Below, piece by piece: positions 13,286 to 23,945 of a DNA stretch of 64,000 bases (positions are counted from its first letter, which is position 1; the number at the start of each line of letters is the position of its first letter). The position numbers were made by a program, and so were the translations under genes. Below the pieces are notes generated by a model, which saw only the letters and a program-made list of their open reading frames with translations, made no database searches and was not told the origin of the DNA. The DNA comes from Callorhinchus milii (taxonomy: Eukaryota), in the NCBI RefSeq assembly GCF_018977255.1, contig NW_024704743.1, positions 81,656,001-81,720,000 on the forward strand, read 5' to 3'.

Positions 13286-13950
13286 CATAGAATCATAGGA
13301 CCATAGACTTATACAGCACACAAGGAGGCCATTTGGCCCATCGGGCCTGTGCCGGCTCTCTGTAAAGAGCTATCCAATTCAATCCTACTCCTCTGTTCTT
13401 TCCCCATAGCCTTGCAAACTTGTTCTCCCCAAATAATTATCTACTTCTCTCTTAAAAGTTGTTATCGAATCGGCTTCCACCACCCTTTCAGGCAATGCAT
13501 TTCAGATCCGAACAACTCGCTGTGTGAAAAAATTTCTCCACACCTCCCCACTGTTTCTTTTAACAACTATTTTGAATCGGTGTCCTCGGGTTACCGACCA
13601 TCACGCCAGTGGAAATAGTTCCTCCTTGTTAACCCTATCGAATCCCCTCATAATTTTGAAAACTTCTATTAAGTCTCCTCTTAACCTTCTCTGCTCCAAG
13701 GAAAATAATTGTAACTTCTCCAGCCTCTCCTGATAACTGGAGTCTCTCATTCCTGGTACCATGCCGGTAAATCTCCTTTGCATCCTCTCCATGCCTTGAC
13801 ATCCTTCCTAAAGTGTGGTGCTCAGTACTGTACACAGGACTCTGGCTGAGACCTAAGCAGTGTTCTGTAATGGTTCATCATAACTTCCTGACTTTTGTAT
13901 TCTATGCCCCTATTTATAATGCCTAGTATCCCATATGCTTTTTTAACAGC
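13286..13950 (-). mobile_element. CR1 LINE 3' end, ~660 bp
   Basis: ORF 13601..13792(-) reads MERMQRRFTGMVPGMRDSSYQERLEKLQLFSLEQRRLRGDLIEVFKIMRGFDRV. The 3' UTR ends in TCTATG-type repeats. Confidence 0.95.
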
Positions 13951-14534
13951 ATATTCTATTATTCTTCAGTAACTAGTCTTTTGGAGGTTCTGTTCTTCTG
14001 GTTGTGGGTTCTGGACTTCTCAGTCACATTATTACTTCTACCAACTACATTTTATTACCAAGTTTTGGACAATTCATAGGATTCGTTCAAAGATTCTACC
14101 TGTCACAGTAATTACTGGTGTTTGTGCTCATCTGTTATTTATTCCTGTCTTTGTAATGTTTGCATTCTCTCTCTCAGTTCATAAGTATTAATGAATCTGA
14201 TAAATCTTGTTTCAAAAGAGGAATACCTCTGCTGTAAAAATTGGGTCTGAAATACTGCATCACAATGTGCTAACTAATGAGGATTACAATAATAGAAGCC
14301 TTTGAAGATCTCACTACATAACAAGGTTATGTACATGAAAAAAGGCACAATTCATAAGAAGCAGTCTGCTTATTATGTCAATTGTTGCATCCAGGAATTT
14401 ACGAATAGCTCCTTAAGCTTTTATGAAAACAGAACAGCTCCTTTTTCTTGATGAAGAGTTGTATTTCTTTCATTTCATACAACTAGTGTCAGACTGGCTC
14501 GTTGGGTGGGGGGGGGGGGGAGGGGGAGGGGAAG

Positions 14535-14870
14535 AGCACTGCATTGTCAGAGGTTCCTGACTTTTTGATGAGACATTTGACCGATGCCCTGTCTGTGCCT
14601 GGTCAGCTGGATATTAATGATCTCATGGCACTACTCAAAAAGAAAAAGGTGTTTCTCCTGGTTTCCTGGTGAACAATTCTCCCAAATAAAAAGTGACCAT
14701 TCACTTCATAGTAGTTTGTGGGACATTACTGTGTGCAAGTGGGCTGTTACATTCATTTGCAAAAACACATTCACTGTATTTCACAGTTACTCCTGTGAAG
14801 CACTTTGAGTCGCCTTGATGAAGCGATAAGGCGCGATATCAAAATGCAAGGATTATTATTTCATTATTAT
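14535..14870 (+). mobile_element. Deu-domain SINE, headless
   Basis: gcactgcattgtcagagg...gatgagacatt...gatctcatggcacta Deu-like core, followed by the shared 3' tail. Confidence 0.82.
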
Positions 14871-16309
14871 AATCTCAAGACACATATAAAACAGATTCTC
14901 TTCATATATTCATGTTCATATATTTATGGACAAATACGAGATAGCGACATACTCAGCCTTCTTCATGCTAAGATTTTTAAAAAAGTGTTATAAGCTTGTT
15001 TGTGGGAAGCTGTGCTTGGGTTTGCTGTATCCAGTATGTTAAATAAAACAATTTAATTAATAGTTTAGGGTATTTGATAACCTTTTCAAATATTATACTA
15101 ATTGTTTATTACAGGTCAATTTCAAATTATTAATGCTTTATGAATTGAGCATTCAGTAATCCATTCCAGTGATTTAGAATTTAGCTTTGGGTTTTAGATG
15201 AGGCACAGACTGAAATTATTTGTGATTCACTACACGATTATAGTTCTGTTTTGCTTTTCTGTTCTGTTTGTGTAATACAATCACTTGTTCTCATGCAGAA
15301 CTCAGCAAAACTCCTTTGTATTGTTTTTCAATTAAATTTTATATGCAATAATATTTCAAAACCACTGAGGTACACATGTTTGCGATACCAGGCAACAGAA
15401 AAAAGATTCCAATAGCTGTAGGACATTGTAAAATGTCCAAGCCTCATGAATGGATCTCTTATTGCAAACAGACGCTGAGCTTTATTTCTACATCCTGTTT
15501 AATTTTTAAGTGTTGGCAGAAAACTGCATAAAACTCTATGGATCTACTTTCCAATGTGAAATGGCACTCGGTTAGACAGCTGATCTGTTAATTCTCAATG
15601 GCATAATATTGACAAAAAACTTACAATATAGAGGAATCATTTTGTAACATAAGAGGCAGTATTGCTGCACTAAGGAACCTTCAGGCAGATCTGAAGCAGT
15701 CAGGAAGAGACATGATCTTATAGACTCTTTAAACCCCACCATGTTTGGTGTGAGTTGGGTAAATTTGGGAAGTACAATTTTGCTGTAATTTAAGGTGGCC
15801 TTTGAAAGGTATTCTTTTATAACAGTTGCTTGATGAATCGCGACAGTATAACACTGGTAAAATGTCCTGCAAGGCTCTTTACATGGAAATGGTGATACCC
15901 TAGCTCAATTGGTTAGACCCATGCCTCTGAGTCAAAAGATTATGAGTTCAAGGTTACATTGGGTACATTGGTACTTAAAAATCATTTATGCAGCATCCTT
16001 GACATGGCATAGCATCTTTGAGCATGGAACAATGCTGCAGTTTGACACCGAGCTGGGGAAAAAAGGGAGATGACCATAGCCATGGACAAAAAGGAAAGTC
16101 TGATGTGATCTGAAGACAGGTAAAGAGGAGGCAAGGTGGAAGGATTGAGATAGGGAGCTCAAACATTTTACCATTGGAAACAACCCTCCCTCTTAGCAGG
16201 AAAGCTTCTACTTCTTTATATTTTCACAAAATAATCACAAAAAGTGACCTCTTTGGAAATTACCAGGAATATGGTGGAACTTTTTGGCTGAAGAGAGAAA
16301 ACTTTTTTT

Positions 16310-16889
16310 TACACAATAAAATTCACGTAAAACTTATCTTCATAAATCGTACAATCACTAAGTCATACATGCGCCCGAGTCCCATTCAGTTTCCAACCAA
16401 AACCACTTAGATTTCTTTGCACTAATCATATTTTATAAGGAAATCATCTCCTAACTCATATCGCTGCTTCCCTACCCACCATTACTCCCGCACTTAACTG
16501 TAATGAATCTTGGGAAATGACTCAGTGACCCGTCGATGCAATGGGCCCTTACCGTCCGGCTGCGTTGAATTGCGAAACATAGTCTTGACCTGTCGCCTTC
16601 TGCTAGTGCAGAAGGACTTCATTTCCTGCGATTCAATGTGATTCAAATGCTTACTGGTAAGTGCGCATGCAGCAGTGCATCAAGACTCATTCAATCGTGG
16701 GAAACGTAGTCATGACCTGTCACCGCACGTGCACTTACCAGCTGCATTCAATTACACATGCGCAGTGTAGATTATTGATCAAATCGGATTTTATATGATT
16801 TATACTGCTTGCCTGCAACTCGGACTTTGCGTAAGTCATATTAATTGTTATGGTCCCGACTGATATGACTTATGTGAGTTTTTCTGTAT
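16310..16889. mobile_element. Putative Tigger/pogo-like non-autonomous DNA element (MITE)
   Basis: The right end gatatgacttatgtgagtttttctgTA is preceded by a subterminal hairpin with a ggtccc loop. The left end is degenerate (tacacaataaaattcacgtaa). The interior is CpG-rich with inverted repeats. Confidence 0.55.
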
Positions 16890-16899
16890 ATTCCTTGAG

Positions 16900-17001
16900 T
16901 TATACAGTCAATTCACTTTATAGTATATTCTGTGAAGCGCTTTGAGATGTCTTGAAGACGTGAAAAGCGCTACACCAAATGCAAGGATTATTATTATTAT
17001 T
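16900..17001 (+). mobile_element. 5'-truncated SINE tail
   Basis: tatacagtcaattcacttta...aaatgcaaggattattatt. Confidence 0.88.
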
Positions 17002-17168
17002 AATAAGTGAATAGCTTACAAGCTGTTCTGCAAAATGGAGTGTCATGAAAAAAACAAATGATCACTGATCTATCTATCTTGTCTACACAAGATGTATCTT
17101 AAATAGACTGAAGCAGGTCAAGCACACAAAGAATTTTCGAACGTGATTAAGAACTCCATTGTGGGATT

Positions 17169-17499
17169 GTGGAGTCCTGTAGCTCAGTGGTTAGAGCACT
17201 CGCTTTGCAAGCGAGAGACCTGAGTTCAATTCCAGGCAGGGCGAAACCTTGGGCAAGTTTCCTTACTCCACACAGAGCCTAATAATAATCCCTCCAAAAA
17301 CCAAAAAACAATAATAAATTGGTCATTTTCAATCTACGACTGTTTGTGGGACATTGCTGTGCGCAATTGGCTGCCGCGTTCGCCCACAAATATACAGTCA
17401 ATTCACTTTACAGTGTGTTCTGTGAAGCGCTTTGAGACGTCCTCCCGACGTGAAAAGCGCTATATCAAATGCAAGGATTATTATTATTATTATTATTAT
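17169..17499 (+). mobile_element. Young full-length tRNA-Ala(TGC)-derived SINE with L2-like tail (CTCCC-loop subfamily)
   Basis: Pol III box A (TAGCTCAGTGG), box B (AGTTCAATTCC), anticodon arm ctcgc-tttgcaa-gcgag, 3' hairpin and (ATT)n tail. Near-identical to the copies at 22648, 26101 and 53961. Confidence 0.96.
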
Positions 17500-18489
17500 A
17501 TCAGTCAAGGGTCTTATGTCCTTGTAGAATTCACTTTCAAAAAGGGGGTGGGGGCGAGGAAGGTAAAACATAGGTGAGGATGAGTGGGGCAGTTTAACTG
17601 GCTAATTTCAATAGTCATTTGAATTACATCTTGACTAAAAGTTTCTCATTTTAATTTTGCTTTTTGAAATGAAAATCATATTCTTTTAATGTTTTTGTCC
17701 TCAAATCCATTGCCTTATTCAGTCTCCCACATCTTGCACTGTGAATCCACAGCCAAGCTGATTGGATAGTCAGTCCAGCTGCACACTCCACTGTGGTCCT
17801 GACATTGGCATTATTCCCAGTATGACAAATACATCCCAGGCCTGCTCAAGGTGTCACCTGTACATATGGGTCAATAGGATCAGTGTCAAAATGGCCTGTA
17901 ATACCCTCCATCCCTTTTGCAGGATAAGTCAATGATTTTTCCATGTCCTAGAGAGCAAGAGGACAGCCAACATGTGTAGAAGATGTTGAAGTTGATGCCA
18001 TGTAGTCAGTTCACCACATCAAACCTTTTAATGTCATCTAGTTTATTGCTCACAAGTGAGAAAGAAGACATCAATCATACTTCTTTCACTTACTCAGTGT
18101 GGTCAGAACTTTAACCTCTTTCACTGTGTCTCACTGTGAAGCAAACCCAGATGGATACACAGTACTTTATTTAAATGGATTTGCAATCTGTCTCACATAT
18201 TTTGAAAGGAAACGCAGATGCACAAATTTAAATGGGTTCGCAATCTGTCTCTCTCTGTGTGCTTACAAAGTCTCACCAGTAGTAAGTACCTACCCCTGAC
18301 ATTTCTGCACCTCACACAGGATCACTTTGCCATCTCTGTGGACACTTTTAGTGTTCAACTTTTATTAAATTTTTTCTACCAATAATATTCTGGAAAAATC
18401 TTGCTGCTGAAAGGTGAGATTTTTACTACTTATGTGTTCAGACTGCCTATTCAACCTAACTCCATTCACACATCCTTATAATAATACTA

Positions 18490-18810
18490 AATTCCTGCAT
18501 TTGATATTACACCTTATCACATTTTTGAAATGGTTCACAGAATTGACTGTAAATTGTAGTTACTGGTGTATTTTGTAGCCAGATTGCACATAGCAATGCC
18601 CCACAAACAGCCATGAATTCTATCTGAAAGATGGCTGGCAAATCCACCAGGAGAAATGCCCTTCTCTTTTCAAACAATACCATGGAATCTTTAACATTTA
18701 CTTGAACAGACAAACTGGACCTTGGTTTATTGTCTGATCCGAAGGACCTGACTTGGACTTGATACCACAACTGAATCAGAGGTGAGAGTTACAGTAACAA
18801 AAGCAAGCTA
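18490..18810 (-). mobile_element. Deu-domain SINE, internally deleted
   Basis: Shared tail, part of the Deu-like core, and a head remnant. Confidence 0.75.
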
Positions 18811-18829
18811 ACATCCTTCAGGTAACAAT

Positions 18830-19405
18830 AAATAATAATAATCCTTACATTTGATATAGCGCCTTATCACATTGCCAAGACATCTCAAAGCGCTTCACAG
18901 GATATACTGTAAAGTGGTGTGACTGTGTTTATTTTGTGGGTGAATGTGGCAGCCAATTTGTACACAGTATTAACCCATAAACAGCCATGGAGTGAGTGAC
19001 CAATTTTATTTGGGAGATTGTTGGCCGGGACACCGGGAGAAACTCCCTTATCTTTTCAAAGAGTGCCATGGGATCTTTAACATCCACCCTTTAAGAGAGA
19101 ACTGGATAGGTATCTGGGGAAGACGGGTTTGCAGGGTTATGGGGAGAAAGCTGGTGATTGGGGTTAGTGAAAGTGACTTGCTTTGTCAAAGAGCCGGCAC
19201 AGACTCGATGGGCCGAATGGCCTCCTTCTGTGCCGTAACATTCTATGAATCTATGAATCTATGAACAGACAGACGGGACCTTGATTCATCCAAAAGATGG
19301 CACCTCCAACAATGCAGCACATTGCATTGGAGTGTCAAGATGCACTATGTGTGTTCCAAGTCCTGACTGGAGCACAAACCCGCAACCTTCTGACTCGAGA
19401 GACGA
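18830..19405 (-). mobile_element. Deu-domain SINE interrupted by a CR1 3' end
   Basis: The core ggatctttaacatccacc...tgaacagacagacggg is split by the insert at 19089-19265. Confidence 0.88.
19089..19265 (+). mobile_element. CR1 LINE 3' terminus nested in the Deu SINE
   Basis: Encodes FKRELDRYL, then the 3' UTR gagccggcacagactcgatgggccgaatggcctccttctgtg and a (TCTATGAA)x3 tail. Homologous to 13290-13380 on the minus strand. Confidence 0.92.
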
Positions 19406-20149
19406 GGTTCATGTTCTTTGGAGCAGGTAAGTGTTTCATATGAGATTAGGTGGAGCAGCGTTATAGTGTAGCTATTGGAGTCAAGTGAACTGGAAACCTC
19501 ATCCTGTTCTATGTTAAAAGAAGTACAATACAATACAAAATTACATTTGCATAGTACCTTTCACATCGGGAGGATGTCCCAAGGCGCTGGTTGGACACAG
19601 AATTAACCTTTTGTTGACAATCTTTTCCACATATATGCCACTCTGAGGAAAAAGTTATTAGTCTTCAGTGTTGCTTGGACTTAAATTTTACTCCCATATC
19701 CTTTAGGTGTGTGCATATTAGTAACTGTATTCACCTATAAATATGGTCACTGCACTTTACAATAAAATCTGCTGTGAAGGTCTTTGAGATGTTTTGACGA
19801 TATGACAAAGCACCATTTCAAATGGAAGGATTATTATTTTTCTGTAAATAGAGTCATAGATAGCCAGTGTAGAGGGGGCTCACCCTCTTGTCCCTCTCCC
19901 ACTCAAAAGTGCCGCTTGCTCACTTCCAGTCTTCCAGTCATTGGGGCATCCTCACCTCTGATTGTCTAATGGACCTCAGAGTCTGCATGGTAAGGAGGGT
20001 GAGATGGATGTCTTTGAAGCTGACATGGAGCCTGCTCCATGAGGAGGAGGGAGGAGAGTCGGCCGTCTTTGAAGCTTTCATGGTGGCTGTGCCTGGATTA
20101 AAGGGGACCAACCACTCAGATGCCCTAAAGAATATTTTCACCCACCGCC

Positions 20150-20860
20150 TATGATTATAGTACAAGTTAAATAGCTTGTTCACATATGCTTGGATCATAT
20201 CATCTATTGGCTTTATAAGTCTTTTCTCAGAACCAGGAGCCTTAAAACCCTGAATTGTGTTTGTTGCTCTTCCCTGAATCTTTTCCAATAGATTGATGTC
20301 CTTTGGAATGCAGAGTGCCAAATATTTCAGCTGAAAATATGGCCTAACCAGTGAATTTATACAAACTTAGAATAATTTGTTTCCAAATAAGCAAATTACC
20401 TGAAAGGCATCCAAATCCACAAATATCCTCGTTGATAGCAGCTTCAACTGGAAACTTTCAGTAAATGATCATTACACCCAAATCCTCCTCCTTGCTGGGG
20501 GATATCCCGTATATGCATGTTTCATGTTTTAACAAGCATTTCCTTACATGGATCCAGATTTGACATCCCTTGACTGATCTTTGGTTCAGGTCCTTTATTC
20601 TCACTGCTAAGTCAATGTTTGTTGTCATCAACAAATTGTATAGTGTTACATGAAGTATCCTCCTCCATATTCATACGAATAGCAGGAAAAGGAGGCCCCA
20701 GATATTTTTCTGTGCAACTCCACTGTTTTTGGCTGCAGTAATAATTTATAAAAACCCAAACGTTTTTCACTTATCATCATGTGATAACTTCCCCCTACCA
20801 GATAGTTTTCAGTCCAATTTGTCAGCATATTAAATCCATGAGTTTTAATCCTTTTTCAAT
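20150..20860 (-). mobile_element. Old CR1 ORF2 fragment
   Basis: KDINLLEKIQGRATNTIQGFK motif in ORF 19938..20321(-), with degenerate upstream RT sequence. Confidence 0.7.
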
Positions 20861-20884
20861 AATAATATTGCTCACATTTGATAT

Positions 20885-21132
20885 AATAATAATTTGATTA
20901 ATTCTTGCACCTTATCATGTCTTTGAATATACTGTATATTTTGTGGGTGAAATATTGCAGCCAATTATGCACAACAGTGTTCCACAAATAGTCATGGATT
21001 GAATGATCAAAATATAATAATTATTTTTTAAGGGATTATTAGCCCTAGAAAAGCAATCCACTAATCCCCTAAGAACCTGGTTCCTACTTACTGCTAGGTA
21101 AACAGATGTATGTGAAGTAAGGAAACTTACCC
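20885..21132 (-). mobile_element. Long-form tRNA-Ala SINE, 3' portion (its head is displaced to 22041-22111 by an L2 insertion)
   Basis: Ends at aaggaaacttaccc and resumes as ttgcccaaattttcgccctgcc...caggactccac at 22041. Confidence 0.82.
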
Positions 21133-22043
21133 GCACTCAGTGGGACCACACTCGCATGTTTCGAGGCCTACCGTTTCATTTTGGAAAATGGTTTCTCCTC
21201 CTGCCCCCGCCTGGTCACCTGAGGGGTACCTTGGCCCCCTTTTTTTCCTCATTTATATGCTCCCTCTTGGTGATATTCCACAGACACAGGATAAACTTCC
21301 ACATGTATGCAGACGACACACAAATCTATTTTGACTCTTCCGGCTGCGATTCCAGGTCCACCGATGTTATATCAGCTGACCTTCCTTCCCCACATCTGGT
21401 CCCTAACCAGGACTGCCTTCCTCCACCTCTGCCACATTGCCCGCCTCCGAATGTACCTTACCCCAAATGCAGCCCAAACCCTTGTGCATGTGTTTGTCAC
21501 CTCCCACTTGGATTACTCAAATGCACTGTTCGTCGGTTTCCCCAGCTCCACTTTTCAAAAATTCCAGCTCATTTAGAACCCTGTTGCCTACATACTGACC
21601 TGGATCATACTCCGTACCTTCATCTCACCAGTTCTGCCAGACTCCACTGGCTCCCCATCACCGAGTGGGTTGACTTCAAGATCCTCACACTAGTTTTCAA
21701 ATCCCTTCACTCCCTGGCACCTCCCTATCTCTCCGACCTCCTTACTCTCCAATCCACCAACCGGTGCCTCCGCTCGACTGGCACTGGCCTCCTGCTTGTC
21801 CCTCGTACCCTCCGTTACACCATTAGAGGTTGCGCATTCAGCTACCATGCCCTGAAACTCTAGAACACTCCCTCAATCCCTCCGCCTTGCCCCCTCTCCT
21901 GCCTGAAAACCTTCCCTTTCGACCGTGCTTATAGACACCTCCACATCCCCTGCACCCAAGTGTGGAGTCAGACTCCGACAATGTTAAGTGCTCTGAGATG
22001 CCATCCTACGTGGAGGGTGCTATATAATTGCAAGTTGTTGTTG
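21133..22043 (+). mobile_element. L2 LINE 3' fragment (~0.9 kb) with the RT YADD motif
   Basis: INFHMYADDTQIY, HVFVTSHLDYSNAL and LHWLPITEWVDFKILTLVFKSLH, ending in a gttgttgttg tail. Confidence 0.95.
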
Positions 22044-22111
22044 CCCAAATTTTCGCCCTGCCCAGGAATCGAAACCAGGTCCTCTTGAGTACTTTCATGT
22101 ACAGGACTCCA
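22041..22111 (-). mobile_element. tRNA-Ala SINE head (belongs with 20885-21132)
   Basis: Reverse complement of gtggagtcctgta...ggtttcgattcctgggcagggcgaaaatttgggcaa. Confidence 0.8.
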
Positions 22112-22595
22112 CATAGTGCCTATATATTGTTGAAATATACCGACGATCACCTCAGGGTACCTTGGTATATTTCAAACAGCAACCAAATGTTCCAGAAGGT
22201 TTGATAGTTGAATGGTTAAATGTAGCTTTGCTGGACGGGCTGAGGTTAGCTTCTGATTACATTTCATGTTTTCCTGGGAAGATGTTCACTCCTCTAAGAT
22301 AATGAGCAAACTGGTCCTTGAGCATAGATGTAAGAACAATGGACCACAGAAAGAAAAGGCTGCAGCCTCAGACACCTGCCTATCTCAAGGCTGAGAAACA
22401 AGCAGACTGTGGGAGGCTGCCCAGAAGTTGTCCATATCTCTCTCTGTGCAAAGCAGCCAGCGAAGGGTGGGGGCTATCTCTGTGACAAGAGGAGATGGCG
22501 TTAGAAAGACATAAAAGAAAGATGTAACTTTGAAATAGTTGGGGTTGTGTAGAGGCTCAGCGCACTTCCCAGTGAAATCAATATTGATTCTACTG

Positions 22596-22647
22596 TATCT
22601 ATGTATATGTGGATATATATATATGTATATATGTATCTATATATATA
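22596..22647. repeat. (TA)n-rich microsatellite
   Basis: tatctatgtatatgtggatatatatatatgtatatatgtatctatatatata. Confidence 0.85.
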
Positions 22648-22973
22648 GTGGAGTCCTGTAGCTCAGTGGTTAGAGCACTCGCTTTGCAAGTGAGAGACCT
22701 GAGTTCAATTCCCGGCAGGGCGAAACCTTGGGCAAGTTTCCTTACTCCACACGCCTAATAATAATCCCTCCAAAACCAAAAACAATAATAAATTGGTCAT
22801 TTTCAATCTATGACTGTTTGTGGGACATTGCTGTGCGCAATTGGCTGCCGTGTTCGCCCACAAATATACAGTCAATTCACTTTACAGTGTGTTCTGTGAA
22901 GCGCTTTGGGACGTCCTCCCGACGTGAAAAGCGCTATATCAAATGCAAGGATTATTATTATTATTATTATTAT
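22648..22973 (+). mobile_element. Young full-length tRNA-Ala SINE (CTCCC loop)
   Basis: Near-identical to 17169-17499; sits at the edge of a TA run. Confidence 0.96.
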
Positions 22974-23588
22974 ATGTGCAGGGGTGAGGGAATTTACCTC
23001 CAGTAAGAAAGTGCCCATTAAAAGTGAAAGAGGAGGAGTAGTAGGTAATGGTTTAGTTTTGTGGAGCAGTGGTTTTGGTTCTGTTTGCTAGGCAGAGAAG
23101 TAATAATAGTAGTAGTGGTTGGTTTGGGAAACCCAGAAGTCAGGTTAGGCAGTATGAGTTAGGCGCTGGGCTAATAGCTGGTTGTGTCTGTTGAGTTTAC
23201 AGGAGCCACTCACTGTGATTTGGTGTTACCATTGTCAATTGAATATTGTTGTGTATGGCTGGTTGGGTCTGAGGGTTTACCGGACTCCAGTCCCTGTTTA
23301 GTGTTGGTATTACGAGAGTCAGTTATCTCTGAGGGGAATTTTCAGGGGCTGATCTCTCCAGTGTTTGTCAAGGTGTGATCCCAGGTCTACTGTTTAGTCT
23401 GGAGTACGAAACAGTACCAGGATACATGTTGTCGTCCTTATATCGTCAGTACTACTGTTTGATCTGGAGTATGGAACAGTGTTTGTTTTGTATTATTATT
23501 ATGTTGTTGTATGTCATAAAGTTAATTATAGATAGTGAGCTTTATTATTTGATTTATAAAATAAACACTATACTGTTGAATTATTAAC

Positions 23589-23626
23589 TATATATATATG
23601 TAGAGAGAGAGAGAGAGAGTGAGAGA
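23589..23626. repeat. (TA)n(GA)n compound microsatellite
   Basis: tatatatatatgtagagagagagagagagagtgagaga. Confidence 0.9.
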
Positions 23627-23682
23627 TGTGAAAGGTACTATGCCTTTCACATTGGTAGGAGAACTCAAAGCTCTTCACAGGA

Positions 23683-23945
23683 TAATAATAATAATAATAA
23701 TCCTTGCATTTGATATAGAGCCTTATCACATCGTTGAGACGTCTCAAAGCTCTTCACAGAATATACTGTAACATATAACTGTGACTGTGTATATTGTGGG
23801 CGATATATACTGTGACTGTGTGAAATGTAGTGATTATTTTGTAGGCAAATTTGGCAGCCAGTCAATACATAGCAATATCCCACAAATAGCAATGTAGTGA
23901 ATGATCAATTTTACTTGGGGAACTGTTGACACAGGGAGAAACTTC
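23683..23945 (-). mobile_element. Deu-type SINE 3' half
   Basis: (AAT)n tail and shared body, with a short internal duplication (ctgtgactgtgt). Confidence 0.8.

Noticed and set aside
14504..14532. G-run as a functional G-quadruplex
   Set aside because: It is a simple homopolymer expansion next to a SINE, with no supporting context.
17169..17245. tRNA-Ala(TGC) gene (also at 22648, 25260-25339, 26006, 26335-26414, 49010-49089, 54215-54293)
   Set aside because: These are SINE heads. The acceptor stem does not pair properly, there is no oligo-T terminator, and each continues into the same SINE body or a piece of it.
22190..22580. ERV-LTR-like segment (cataaaag TATA-like motif)
   Set aside because: This is an impression only. 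No TG...CA termini, TSD, primer binding site or second copy was identified.
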